From assembly GCF_006345805.1 (NCBI RefSeq), contig NC_042997.1, positions 204,414,001 to 204,478,000 of the forward strand: a DNA stretch of 64,000 nucleotides, in the 5' to 3' direction. Below, piece by piece: positions 40,947 through 51,523 of the stretch. The notes under the pieces were generated by a model. That model had not been told where the DNA came from. It saw only the letters and a program-made list of their open reading frames with translations, and did no database searches. The first letter of the stretch is position 1, and every line of letters begins with the position of its first letter. A program made the translations under genes and the position numbers. This stretch comes from Octopus sinensis (lineage: Eukaryota).

Positions 40947-43829
40947 TATATATGTATATATGTATGTATGTATGTTTCTGTATAGGTTTTAAATGACAGA
41001 GTATTTCAGATTTTGCCTGCAAAAGAATCAAGGAATTAAAAGTAAGAGAATACTATCTAGCTATTATCAATAGATGGGATAATATATATGTAGTTAAATT
41101 AATTGCATTAAATGAATGTCTTAACATTTAAATTAATACAATCAATAGTGTTGAAGTTGTAAATATGTAACAATGATTTCTTAACTGAAAGACATCAAGG
41201 TATGTGTCTATATATATATATACTTATATGTATATAAAAGAATAATCTGCTTCTTTAATCTTTTCTTAGGTAGTTATTAGTATAAAGTCATTAGAGTTAA
41301 AACATATAACTAAGAAATTAAGATCATACATACTTTAAATAGCAGATTTATTAAGGAGCCTTTAGAAATTCTCTTAAACTGTGAATTTACCATGCTACCT
41401 ATTCACATACACCGGGACTAAATACATTACTATCAAATTATTCATGTAAATTCATCTATAAGTACTTTAGTGAGTTAATATATGTATATATATATATGAC
41501 TTCATCCTTAATAATTTAACTATTTCTGAAGATTTTCATCTTTATCCTGGCCTTTAATCTTTCTCAGATATAGATTATAAACCCTTATATCCTTGTTCCC
41601 CACCCCAACCAGCTCATAAAAATATTTGTATTTTAAAATATAAATAAATATTTTTAATATCTCTTATTAATTAACTTCTGAAGTTAATGAAGGCTAAACT
41701 ATTTTCTGAAAAAACATTTCAAGCAAACAGGACGGACCTACCTTACTGGGTTTATCCATCTTGCCAGACTTACTAGTTCAGTAGGCCCAACCCTTTTGAT
41801 GCCCCATGTACCTTTAGAAAATGTGTGATTAATTTTCACCCCCACCCTAATAATATCACAGTTGAAGATAGAAAAGTCAATTTATAATGACCAATTTTTT
41901 TTCCCCCTTTTTTTTTTTTTTGATAATTGAACCACTTACTTCACAGAACACAGATATTTTGAAGAGTTATTTTTCATTTTTCTATCTTTTTTAGTCAGGA
42001 AGGAGGGCAGTGTTTATAGTCCTTTACAGGGCATCTGAGGCTAGTGAAAAGGAAAGAGGGAGAGAAGAAGAGAGGTATCCTCAAACCAAAATACCTGCAC
42101 CAGAGTAGACTCTGTTAAAGGCATCCAAAGTGCCAGGTGATAGTATAAGTCAGTCTACTACTTAAGTAGATCACGACAGGATTTGAACTCCAGATGCAAA
42201 GAGCTGGAACATATACAGGCAACTCATTCAAGTTGGTGGTCTTACAGTTCTGCCAATCCACTGCACCAGGTTGGTACTTTTTTTTTATTGACCCTTGAAA
42301 GGATCAAAAACAAAGTTTCCTGCAGTAGGATTTAAACTTAGACAGCAAAGGGTCAGAACAAAGACCATAATGCAATCTGTCCAGTGCTCTAACGACTTTG
42401 CCAATTTGTCACTTTAAAGTTAATAATTAAATTGTGAAAAGCATTTTGGAAAGCCAACTCATATTCCAAGAAATGTGGAGACCCCAGGTCAGGAAACCCA
42501 GAACTAGATCTGGAACTCACTCACTCTATATCCATATTGTGATTGCTTTGCTCCCAGGTCAGTCTTGACATGATCAAAGATGTTCCAGTTGTTATAAGCT
42601 CATCTTTATTTATTTTTCATACATATTATCTACCATATCATCTGTCTTTATGTGTTTCAGATGGCAGACTGTGATTTGAGGGAGATTTGGTTGCTATTTC
42701 TATTAGGTTAGATCAAGTAATCATGTAGAGGCCACCTTATTGATCTATAGGTATGAATGCAAACCTCACAGATGGTTCTAGAAAGTGTTGCAAATTATTG
42801 ATTTTTAATTAATGTATCATGCTACTGAAATATTTAATTAATGACAGCTTAACACAGGTATGTTAATTCATGCTTTACATAATTAAATACTGAATTATTA
42901 ATTCATAAATAATGTGTTGATAGTATGTGTCACAATTGTGAGTTTATAATATGAGCTCCAGAATGACAACTCAACTATCAATGGGCGGGCCCTTATACTG
43001 TCACTAGGTCCGCTGGTTATAACAGCTAAATTCCCTCAAATGATGCTTTATTTTCTTAAACAAGGGCATGCTGTACTGTGTATCACTAAAAAGATTCACG
43101 GATCACAACAGGAACACCTTTGTGCTCAATCACAACTGACCTTGGGTTAAAAAGCAACAACAATTCATTGATTAAATTAAGAATTGAAAAAAATAAGTAT
43201 TCCGTATATATATGTGTGTATATATATATGCATATATACATACATATATATACACACACACATACATGTACACACATGCATATATACATACATATATTTA
43301 TATGTGTGTGTGTGCGTGTGAACATACATATACATACAAACATACATATGCACATACATCTATATATATATAAACATATATGTACACACATATATACATA
43401 TAAACATATATAGATATATATACTCATATACATATCTGTATGGACACACAAGTGTGCATGTGTGCATATATAAATTACACACACATAGTTGGCAAAGGTA
43501 TTTTCTGACAATTACCAATCATACATGCAAACATAATCACCAAACTAAGACCCCCTCTCTTTAAAACGAACAAATCACTAAATTAAGACTCACCTATCTA
43601 TAACATTCACCATGCTATGAAACTGAGATTTCTTCTACCTGTAATATTCACCATCCCATAACACTAATAGCAGAACTGAAGTGTTAGTTTAATTTATGCA
43701 GTATAAATACTAAACGAAATAGCTTATCAAATCCATCTGATTTAATTGTCTCTTGTGTGGCAGTAACAATTACTCTTACTATGGACTAAGCAGCTACTCA
43801 TTTACTATACTGTACTAAAATACAATTGG

Positions 43830-43874
<45 letters not shown>

Positions 43875-43878
<4 letters not shown>

Positions 43879-44012
43879 CAAAATAACTAATAGATAGGAA
43901 AAAGTCAGAGCTGCCACAAATACAATATCTATCTATCTATCTCTATTTATCTATCTATCTCTCCATCTACACATACATATACGCACACACATATACATAC
44001 ATACATATATAT

Positions 44013-44055
<43 letters not shown>

Positions 44056-44202
44056 ATATATATATGAGCAAAATAACTAATAGATAGGAAAAAGTCAGAG
44101 CTGCCACAAATACAATATCTATCTATCTATCTCTATTTATCTATCTATCTCTCCATCTACACATACATATACGCACACACATATACATACATACATATAT
44201 AT

Positions 44203-44240
<38 letters not shown>
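43875..44240. repeat. Direct tandem duplication, period about 190 bp, just downstream of the TRIM stop
   Basis: tgagcaaaataactaatagataggaaaaagtcagagctgccac... starts at 43875 and 44065; the non-TA portions appear identical. Confidence 0.9.
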
Positions 44241-44256
<16 letters not shown>

Positions 44257-44352
44257 GTATATATATATATATGATGCACACACATGTGTGGGTATGTGTA
44301 TGTATGGTATGAAGCTATTAATCAGAAAGAGAATCAATAACTACTAAAAGAT

Positions 44353-45963
44353 CTATGAGGAATTATCGCTTTCTGCACTAAAAAAGTTTTCTTCAACACT
44401 GCTGCTGTGCTTAAGAACCGGACTGCTCCCTACCGATGAAATTACACAAGCTGATGTGTAGGTTGTCGGTTCGTCTCCCACCTCCATAGCTCTTGGTCGT
44501 TCTCTTCGGCGTCGATGGTGTCGGCGATTGATGACAGGAGAAGATTGTGGCTCGGGGGGTGTTTGTGGCTCACCATTATTTTCCGGAGATCCTTCCTTGG
44601 AGTTGCGTTGAAGCTGATAGGTTAAACTCTGCAGACTACGGGATCGAGTATTAACAGCCTTCTCTTCAGTCTCCACTTTGTCAGTACTGATGGACTTATC
44701 ATCGGCTCCAGGTGGGGCTGGAGTTTCCTCAACATCCGTCTGTATTGCCGCTTCCCTCAGCTTATGGCTCTTGTCTTCTTTTTCAGTTTGCGTCGAGGTA
44801 GAAGAGGATGGCGGCGCTCTAGTGGGGGACTTTTCTCTCCAGTAATCAGCCGCTGATAAAGACCGACGAGGTTGCATCGATACTTTTGGTTTCGGCCGAT
44901 CCGGATCTTCAATTGTTCCCAGCTCTATACTTCCCGGAGTAAATAAAATTTGCTTGCACACTGTATTAGGGAGTTCCTTAAGCTCAATTTCCGACAGACA
45001 TGAAAGTTTTTCTTGCACTTGATTTTTAAGCAGGAGCAGTTCAATGTCTTTCCCTTTCAGAACTAACTCTGTCAAGTTACATGTATTTCTCAGACTTTCC
45101 AAATTTGATTGCATTTCCACTTTTCTGTTAATATATTCCATCACCTCAGATCCATACAATGAATGCAATTCTTCAACCAAGTTTTTCTCTTTAGATCGAA
45201 TTTCAGCAATAAAAGCGATAGCTACATCATGAATTTTTTGTTCAGCATCTTTGATCAAAGTGTCACATCTGCCAAGCGTATCAATTTGAGTATCATATAC
45301 ATTAATACGATCCTTGCAAGATTCCAAGAGACGTTGTATACTATCTTTATATTTAACGACAGCATCCGAGAAATTTGTAATTTCATGGTCCTTATGTTCG
45401 TTAAATGTACAGAGGACACAAATACAAGCTTGGCATGGCTCACAGTAGAATCTAACCACTTCTTCCTTGTGTTCCTTGCATTCAATATCTTTTTCAATTT
45501 CCACATCGAAAAGACTGTGAGACTTGGTGACTTTCGTTTCTTTATGCAATTCCACGCATGGTTTGCAGAGAAGCTTATTACAGTCTAAACATTTTGATGA
45601 TGCTTCTCTGTGTTTACGATTTACCATCTTACAGATATCACAGAATGGAAACTTGGATGGTCTTTGTCGTGCCACCACCTCTCCTAAACTTGAGACCAGA
45701 AAGTTATCTGGAAGTTTTTTCACACCACCGATTGGAAGATTGGTTCGTTTCCGACATAATGGACATGTGAATTCACGATAGTCACTATATTTTTTATACG
45801 TGCATTCTGACATAACATGGTTCTCAATACACTGTTCACAAAATGTATGCAAGCAGTCTAAACATTTTGGGTTTTTAAAGCCCTCCAGACAGATCTTACA
45901 TGTAAGAAATTCATCATGAATTTCCTGGGCTAACTTATTTCCTGTGGTGGTTGTGGCAGCCAT
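44353..45963 (-). CDS. TRIM/RBCC E3 ubiquitin ligase (TRIM56/TRIM2/3/45-like N-terminus, no NHL or filamin domain seen); 536 aa from first ATG, in a single exon
   Basis: Open frame to TAG at 44353. C3HC4 RING (CKIC...CLHTFCEQC...CPLC), B-box1 (CDIC...CLDCNKLLCKPC..H...H), B-box2 (CKEH...YCEPCQACICVLC...H.DH), coiled-coil region, then Ser/Pro/Arg-rich tail. The frame is open back to the acceptor, so an upstream exon could extend the N-terminus. Confidence 0.95.
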   Translation of the reverse strand: MAATTTTGNKLAQEIHDEFLTCKICLEGFKNPKCLDCLHTFCEQCIENHVMSECTYKKYSDYREFTCPLCRKRTNLPIGGVKKLPDNFLVSSLGEVVARQRPSKFPFCDICKMVNRKHREASSKCLDCNKLLCKPCVELHKETKVTKSHSLFDVEIEKDIECKEHKEEVVRFYCEPCQACICVLCTFNEHKDHEITNFSDAVVKYKDSIQRLLESCKDRINVYDTQIDTLGRCDTLIKDAEQKIHDVAIAFIAEIRSKEKNLVEELHSLYGSEVMEYINRKVEMQSNLESLRNTCNLTELVLKGKDIELLLLKNQVQEKLSCLSEIELKELPNTVCKQILFTPGSIELGTIEDPDRPKPKVSMQPRRSLSAADYWREKSPTRAPPSSSTSTQTEKEDKSHKLREAAIQTDVEETPAPPGADDKSISTDKVETEEKAVNTRSRSLQSLTYQLQRNSKEGSPENNGEPQTPPEPQSSPVINRRHHRRRRERPRAMEVGDEPTTYTSACVISSVGSSPVLKHSSSVEENFFSAESDNSS

Positions 45964-46027
45964 GATATCATTGATGTCAATCGCAGTTGTGTGATATCTA
46001 CTTCCAACTTCAAGACGTCGGCGGTTC

Positions 46028-46055
46028 CTGGAAAGAGATAAAAAAAAATACAAAG
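46028..46055 (-). promoter_or_regulatory. 3' splice acceptor and polypyrimidine tract of the TRIM exon
   Basis: Minus strand reads a T-run then atctctttccAG|GAACCGC; the exon begins at 46027. The ORF-track start at 46053 lies in the intron. Confidence 0.85.
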
Positions 46056-46944
46056 AATTAAAATAAGGGCAACTGCAATGAAAATGGATATTAAAGAATA
46101 AAAAGAAACATAATATGTTCCATTAAATCAATATGCAAAACAAATGAATAATAAATGAAATAGAAAATATGACAGTCATTGTTAGTTAGGGTCAAAAGAA
46201 GTCTAACCATGACCACCCCACTTTTTAGTTTATTTCAGACTGCACTATCTAACATGTTCTCTTTTTCATGATTTCAGAGAGATTTGGCTACTATTCCTAG
46301 AAGACTGAGAGACCACATAATGGCTACCTTGAGAGATCACATAGAAGTCGTTAAAAGGAATGTTGTTAATATTGCTGTTTAAACAAGGTGGCGAACTGGC
46401 AGAAATATTAGCACATTGGGCAAAATGCTTAGCGGTTGTTTGTCAGTCTTTACGTTGTGAGTTCAAATTCCACTGAGGTCGACTTTGCTTTTCATCATTT
46501 TAGGGTCGATAAATTAAGTACCAGTTGCATACTGGGGTCAATCTAATCGACTAGCCCGCTCCCCCAAAATTTCGGGTCTTGTGCCTACAGCAGAAAAGAA
46601 TATTGTTGTTTAAACCCAGGACTGACATGGTCGAGCAGTTCCATGATTAAAAGACATTCTGGCTGTGAATATCTGATAGTTTTCTGAACATAGCATACCC
46701 TGGACTGCGTTACTCAGTGTGTCCTTTTAAGATGTAATTTGAGGGAGATTTGGTTGCTCTTTTCAGTAGGATGTGCAGCCATTAGAAACTCCTTTGCTGG
46801 ACTAAAAGAAATGTTATAAAACAAAGGGAGGAAAGTTTGGTGGCTCACAAATAATTGAAAATGGAGACACAAGTGTCCAGTTGATTTATTATTATTGTTG
46901 TTGTTGTTGTTGTTGATATTATTATTATTATTATTATTATTAAG

Positions 46945-47910
46945 GTGGTGAGCTATGACTGAGTTGCAAACCTGGATTAGGCGTAGACCAAGGAGGAGTG
47001 CTTGGCACCTCAAGTGCCATCAAATGCTCACAGCCCTCTGTCAAGTGGGCAATGTGGTCAGTGGTAGTTCCACTCTAGTGTTCTATAGAGGGCTAGAGAA
47101 GGGGGTGTGCGACGACATTCTTGGAGAAACTCTCGGCATTGACGAAGATCAATTAACCAATCTGTTTTGGAGAACTTTCAGGCCTGGGCCTATGGATAAC
47201 TTCCAGAAATCCCTTGGCTGGTAGTGCTACTGAGAGGCACTGCTCCTTCAGAATAAACTTTACAGGCATGGAAGTGCTGGCATCAGGGCCTGCCCAATGT
47301 GTGTGTAAAGTGACAAAACCATTCTGCATGCCCTCGTCCAGCACCCGAGCATTGCTGACCTGTGGGTTTATGTTGAACACCTGCTGTTGCATGTAGGATG
47401 GATCCAGCTATCTACTGAATCCAAAGTGAAGATTGCTCCTTCGCCCTCTTTTGGCCAGGAGGGGCAGGCAATTTTTATTTGTTTAGTGACTGTAGTGAAA
47501 GAGGTAGTGTGGTGGACTCATTTGAAAGGGCTAATGTCAGATACTTTCCTCTTTGGTCAAGCCCTCATCACTTGAAGAGGAAAGTGAGGATGGAGAAGAC
47601 TATTGGAAGAATGGCTGGTGTGAAAGGACCAATTCTGAGCATCTGAAGAAATAAAAAAAGAAGGGCTCTTGGCTTGTTGATCAGGCACCCATGGCTTTTG
47701 TGGGTTTTTCCACGAGGAACCTTAAAGCACCTCCCACTATTGGAAGATTCATGCTGTTTAATTTTTTATCATTTTCTGATGTTTACATCCTGTAAAACCC
47801 TTTGTATCATCTTGTGTTGTCTTTTATGATGTGTCATATCATTTTATGTTGTTTTATACAAGCTCTTGTGGCTAATAAAAGAATTTATAATTATTATTAT
47901 TATTATTATT
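46945..47910 (+). mobile_element. Tx1/L1-like LINE 3' end with zinc-binding (zf-RVT-like) region
   Basis: DNFQKSLAW...KLYRHG...CPMC..SDKTILHALVQ...LWVYVE...KEVVWWT; AATAAA near 47874 then (ATT)n; (ATT)n also upstream. Confidence 0.7.
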
Positions 47911-47941
47911 ATGATGATGATGATGAAAGAAAACCCAACAA

Positions 47942-48112
47942 GGCGCAGGAGTGGCTGTGTGGTAAGTAGCTTGCTTACGAATCACATGGTTCCGGGTTCA
48001 GTCCCACTGCGTGGCACCTTGGGCAAGTGTCTTCTACTTTAGCCTCGGGCCGACCAAAGCCTTGTGAGTGGATTTGGTAGACGGAAACTGAAAGAAGCCT
48101 GTCGTATATGTG

Positions 48113-48147
<35 letters not shown>

Positions 48148-48361
48148 GTTTGTGTGTCTGTGTTTGTCCCCCCACCATCGCTTGACAACCGATGCTGGTG
48201 TGTTTACGTCCCCGTCGCTTAGCGGTTCGGCAAAAAGAGACCGATAGAATAAGTACTGGGCTTACAAAGAATAAGTCCCGGGGTTGAGTTGCTCGACTAA
48301 AGGTGGTGCTCCAGCATGGCTGCAGTCAAATGACTGAAACAAGTAAAAGAGTAAAAAGAGT
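47942..48361 (+). mobile_element. tRNA-derived SINE family A, full length
   Basis: Highly similar to 1092-1512. Older partial copies at about 386-755(-), 10905-11283(-), 22020-22145(+), 22600-22845(+), 25445-25560(+). Confidence 0.9.
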
Positions 48362-49416
48362 ATATGAAATTATGGCTGAAGACCATTTTGGTTCTGAGTA
48401 ATCAAAATATAAGGAACATGAAGTGAATAATTCTTTCCTAAAAATGCTCAGTGCATCTTTGTTATTACCTTGTATTTTGAAATAAAACAGGATGAATGAC
48501 TAATAAAAAAAAAATTGAAATGACTACATGTGCAATATCTCAAGTACTTCTTCCAATTTCATAAATTTACTGTTCTCAAAGAATATGTTTTTTCTAATAT
48601 AAATAGATAAATGACAGAGAATGGAATGAATGACATTTAAAATCACTGCATTTTTACACCCTCACTGAGTGAAATCTGAGAATCTAATGAAGGATTTATT
48701 TAAAGAATCACCTGGTGAAGTGCATTTTACATCTTGGATTAAAGACGATGATTACACAACACCTCACCAATGCACTAAAGATATAAAAATGTGTTGAAAC
48801 TATTGTAGTGGGTTTAAATAAAGAATGACATTCATTCTATTTTCGATCATTTATCTATTTATATAAACTCTATGGATACTATGGATTCCTGATGGATATC
48901 TAGTAGCAGAAGCATTTCCACAGCATGATGACATCAGGTAGCCAATAACTATGGCTGAGCTTTACACAGCATTCTACAAACCTTTTTACTTGAATCTTAT
49001 ATTCTTTCTAATATGTATTTCATTGTGACAATCATTGCAATAGTACCGCCAGGATTTTGCTTTGATTTACTCATTGTATTGCATATGCCACCCTATTCAT
49101 CTGGAAAACCACAATCTGATTTTCATAAAAAATTCTACAGTACAGCTATTGTCAACAGTTTTCAAATGAATTTTCTGTAATTTATGATTTGAATTGGCTG
49201 ATGGAAACAAAAATGCCATACCTTGCAGGGTATTAATGAAGTAAATCCAAATATTTTGATATTTTACTGCTAAGAAATATTTCTCATATCAAAGGTTAGT
49301 ACTTAAAAGAATAGTTTCTCTACTCCACATCATTTTCTGTACTGGAAACTAGTGTGTTTGGAGATAATTAATTTAGGAGTTTGAACCACACAATTAGTTT
49401 GAAACTGATGCATATA

Positions 49417-50295
49417 TTGTCATTGTCATTTAATGTCCATTGTCCATGCTGGCATGGGGAGGACGGTTTGACCAGGACTCGCAAGCTTGAAGGCTGCACC
49501 AGACTCCAGTTTGACTTGGCATGGTTTCTATGGCTGGATGCCCTTCCTAACACCAACCACTCTGGGAGTGTAATGGGTGCTTTTACATACCACTGGCACA
49601 GGTGCCATTTGCGTGACACCAGTATCTGCCACAACTGTGATTTTACTTGGCTTGATGGGTCTTCTTCAGCATGACATAATGTCAAAGATCTTGGTCATTC
49701 ATCATTGCTTTCATAAAGCCCAACACTTGAAAGGAGCTTTTCACATGCCACTGGCACAGGTGCCAATTAAATGACACCAGTATCAGCCATGACTACAATT
49801 TCAATTGGCTTGACGAGTCTTCTAAAGCACAGCATATTATAAAAGGTCTCAGTCACTAGTCATTGCCCCCGGGAGGTCTAAAGTTCAAAGATCATGCTTC
49901 ACCACCTCATCCCATGTCTTCCTGGACTTGCCTCTACCACAGGTTCCTCATATAGTTAGAGATCAGCACTGCTTTATACAGCTGTCCTCGTCCATATGCA
50001 TCACATGGCCATACCAGTGCAGTCATCTCTCTTGCACACCACATCTGATGCCTCTTATGCCCAATTTTTCTCTCAAGACACTTACACTCTGTTGAACATG
50101 CACAATGACATTGCACATCCAGCGAAGCATACTGGCTTCATTTCTTTCAAGCCTACACATGTCCTTGGTTGTCACAGCTCACGTTTCACTGGGGTGTAGC
50201 ATAGCTGTTCCCACACAGGCCTCATACAATCTGAAGGAAAGGCCCTTTGTTACCAACAGAGGTAGGAACTCACTGAACTTTGCCCAACCTATTCT
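49417..50295 (-). mobile_element. RTE LINE 3' end (ORF C-terminus plus 3' UTR)
   Basis: Minus strand: GIRGIRCGVQER.LHWYGHVMHMDEDSCIKQC...GRGKSRKTWDEVVK, then a 3' UTR matching the (GAT)n-tailed short elements. Confidence 0.85.
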
Positions 50296-50325
50296 TATAT
50301 GTGTGTGTGTGTGTGTGTGTGTGTA

Positions 50326-50915
50326 TTTATTGAGTTAGAAAACAGAGAAATTTAATAGACACAAATTAATTTATTAATTAATCAACAAATTAACCAACAA
50401 TTGTTTCCGTTCTCAAATAAGATTAAAATTACAAATCATATAATAAAAATATAATTTTGCATTTTAAATACCTTGTAAGGAAAATCATTAGGGTTTTCAG
50501 AGGACAATAAGGATTACATTAGGATACTTTTGGAATATACAAAATATATAAACAATATACTGTATATTCCGAAAGTATCCTAATGTAATCTTTATTGTCC
50601 TCTGAAAACCCTGATGATTTTCCTTACTAGGTATTTAAAATGCAAATTATATATTTATTATATGATTTGTAATTTTAATCTTATTTGAGAAATGAAACAA
50701 TTGTTGGTTAATATGTTGATTAATTAATTAATTAATTTGTATCCATTGAATTTCTCTGTTTTCTAAATCAGTAAAAATGTTTGACATCTTATGATATTCT
50801 ATTTAATATATTCATTGAAAAATTATCTCTTCAAAATTTAATATATTAAACCAGTGTATCTTGGCTAAATATCCCTAAAAGAAGTTTGAATATTCTCATT
50901 GTGACTATTTGTTAT
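50326..50915. mobile_element. Large foldback element (about 215-bp arms) with a hammerhead in each arm
   Basis: 50326-50541 is the reverse complement of 50561-50775 with scattered mismatches and a 19-nt loop. The right side continues about 140 bp into (TA)n; the left side abuts (TG)n. Confidence 0.85.
50607..50709 (+). ncRNA. Type I hammerhead ribozyme motif, intact core, about 75-nt stem II hairpin
   Basis: AACC-CTGATGA(50611-50617)-[long hairpin including GCAAATTATATA/TATATGATTTGT]-GAAAC(50694-50698)-AATT-GTT-GGTT. Palindromic ACAATTGT stem III. A mirror copy on the minus strand (50392-50495) has a mutated CTAATGA core. Confidence 0.7.
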
Positions 50916-50963
50916 ATACACATATATATATATATTATCATATCATATCATATATATATATAC

Positions 50964-51000
<37 letters not shown>

Positions 51001-51024
51001 GTCTGAGAGGAGCTGACTCTTAGA

Positions 51025-51186
51025 ACTACTACTACTACTACTGCTGTTGCTGTTGCTGTTACTGCTACTATGACTGTTACTAATGCTGCTGCTGCTGCTA
51101 CTACTACTACTACTGCTATTACTACTAATACTGCTGCTACTACTACTAATACTGCTGCTGCTGCTACTATACTGCTGCTGCTGCTG

Positions 51187-51225
<39 letters not shown>

Positions 51226-51311
51226 ACTACTGCTACTTACTACTACTACTACTACTAATACTACTACTACTGCTACTACTACTACTACTACTACTACTAT
51301 TACTACTACTG

Positions 51312-51353
<42 letters not shown>

Positions 51354-51363
51354 ACTACTACTG

Positions 51364-51401
<38 letters not shown>

Positions 51402-51471
51402 GCTACTACTACTACTACTACTACTACTACTGCTGCTGTTGCTGCTACTACTACTACTGCTGCTGCTGCTG

Positions 51472-51518
<47 letters not shown>

Positions 51519-51523
51519 ACTAC
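51025..51523. repeat. Compound (TAC)n/(TGC)n microsatellite, about 500 bp
   Basis: Visible directly; explains the poly-T, -L, -Y and -S ORFs. Confidence 0.95.

Noticed and set aside
41780-42505. Possible degenerate hAT MITE ends
   Set aside because: Termini too diverged to define TIRs or an 8-bp TSD confidently.
43594-43638. Candidate 45-nt minus-strand exon (ttacAG...GTGAGT) downstream of TRIM
   Set aside because: Stops in all three frames and a poor polypyrimidine tract; unsupported without transcript data.
23-44337. Numerous YI-, HT- and CV-rich ORFs in the track
   Set aside because: Translations of (TA)n, (CA)n and (TACA)n microsatellites, which lack stops in some frames.
45044-45781. 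Plus-strand and alternative-frame ORFs within the TRIM exon
   Set aside because: Shadow frames of the real CDS.
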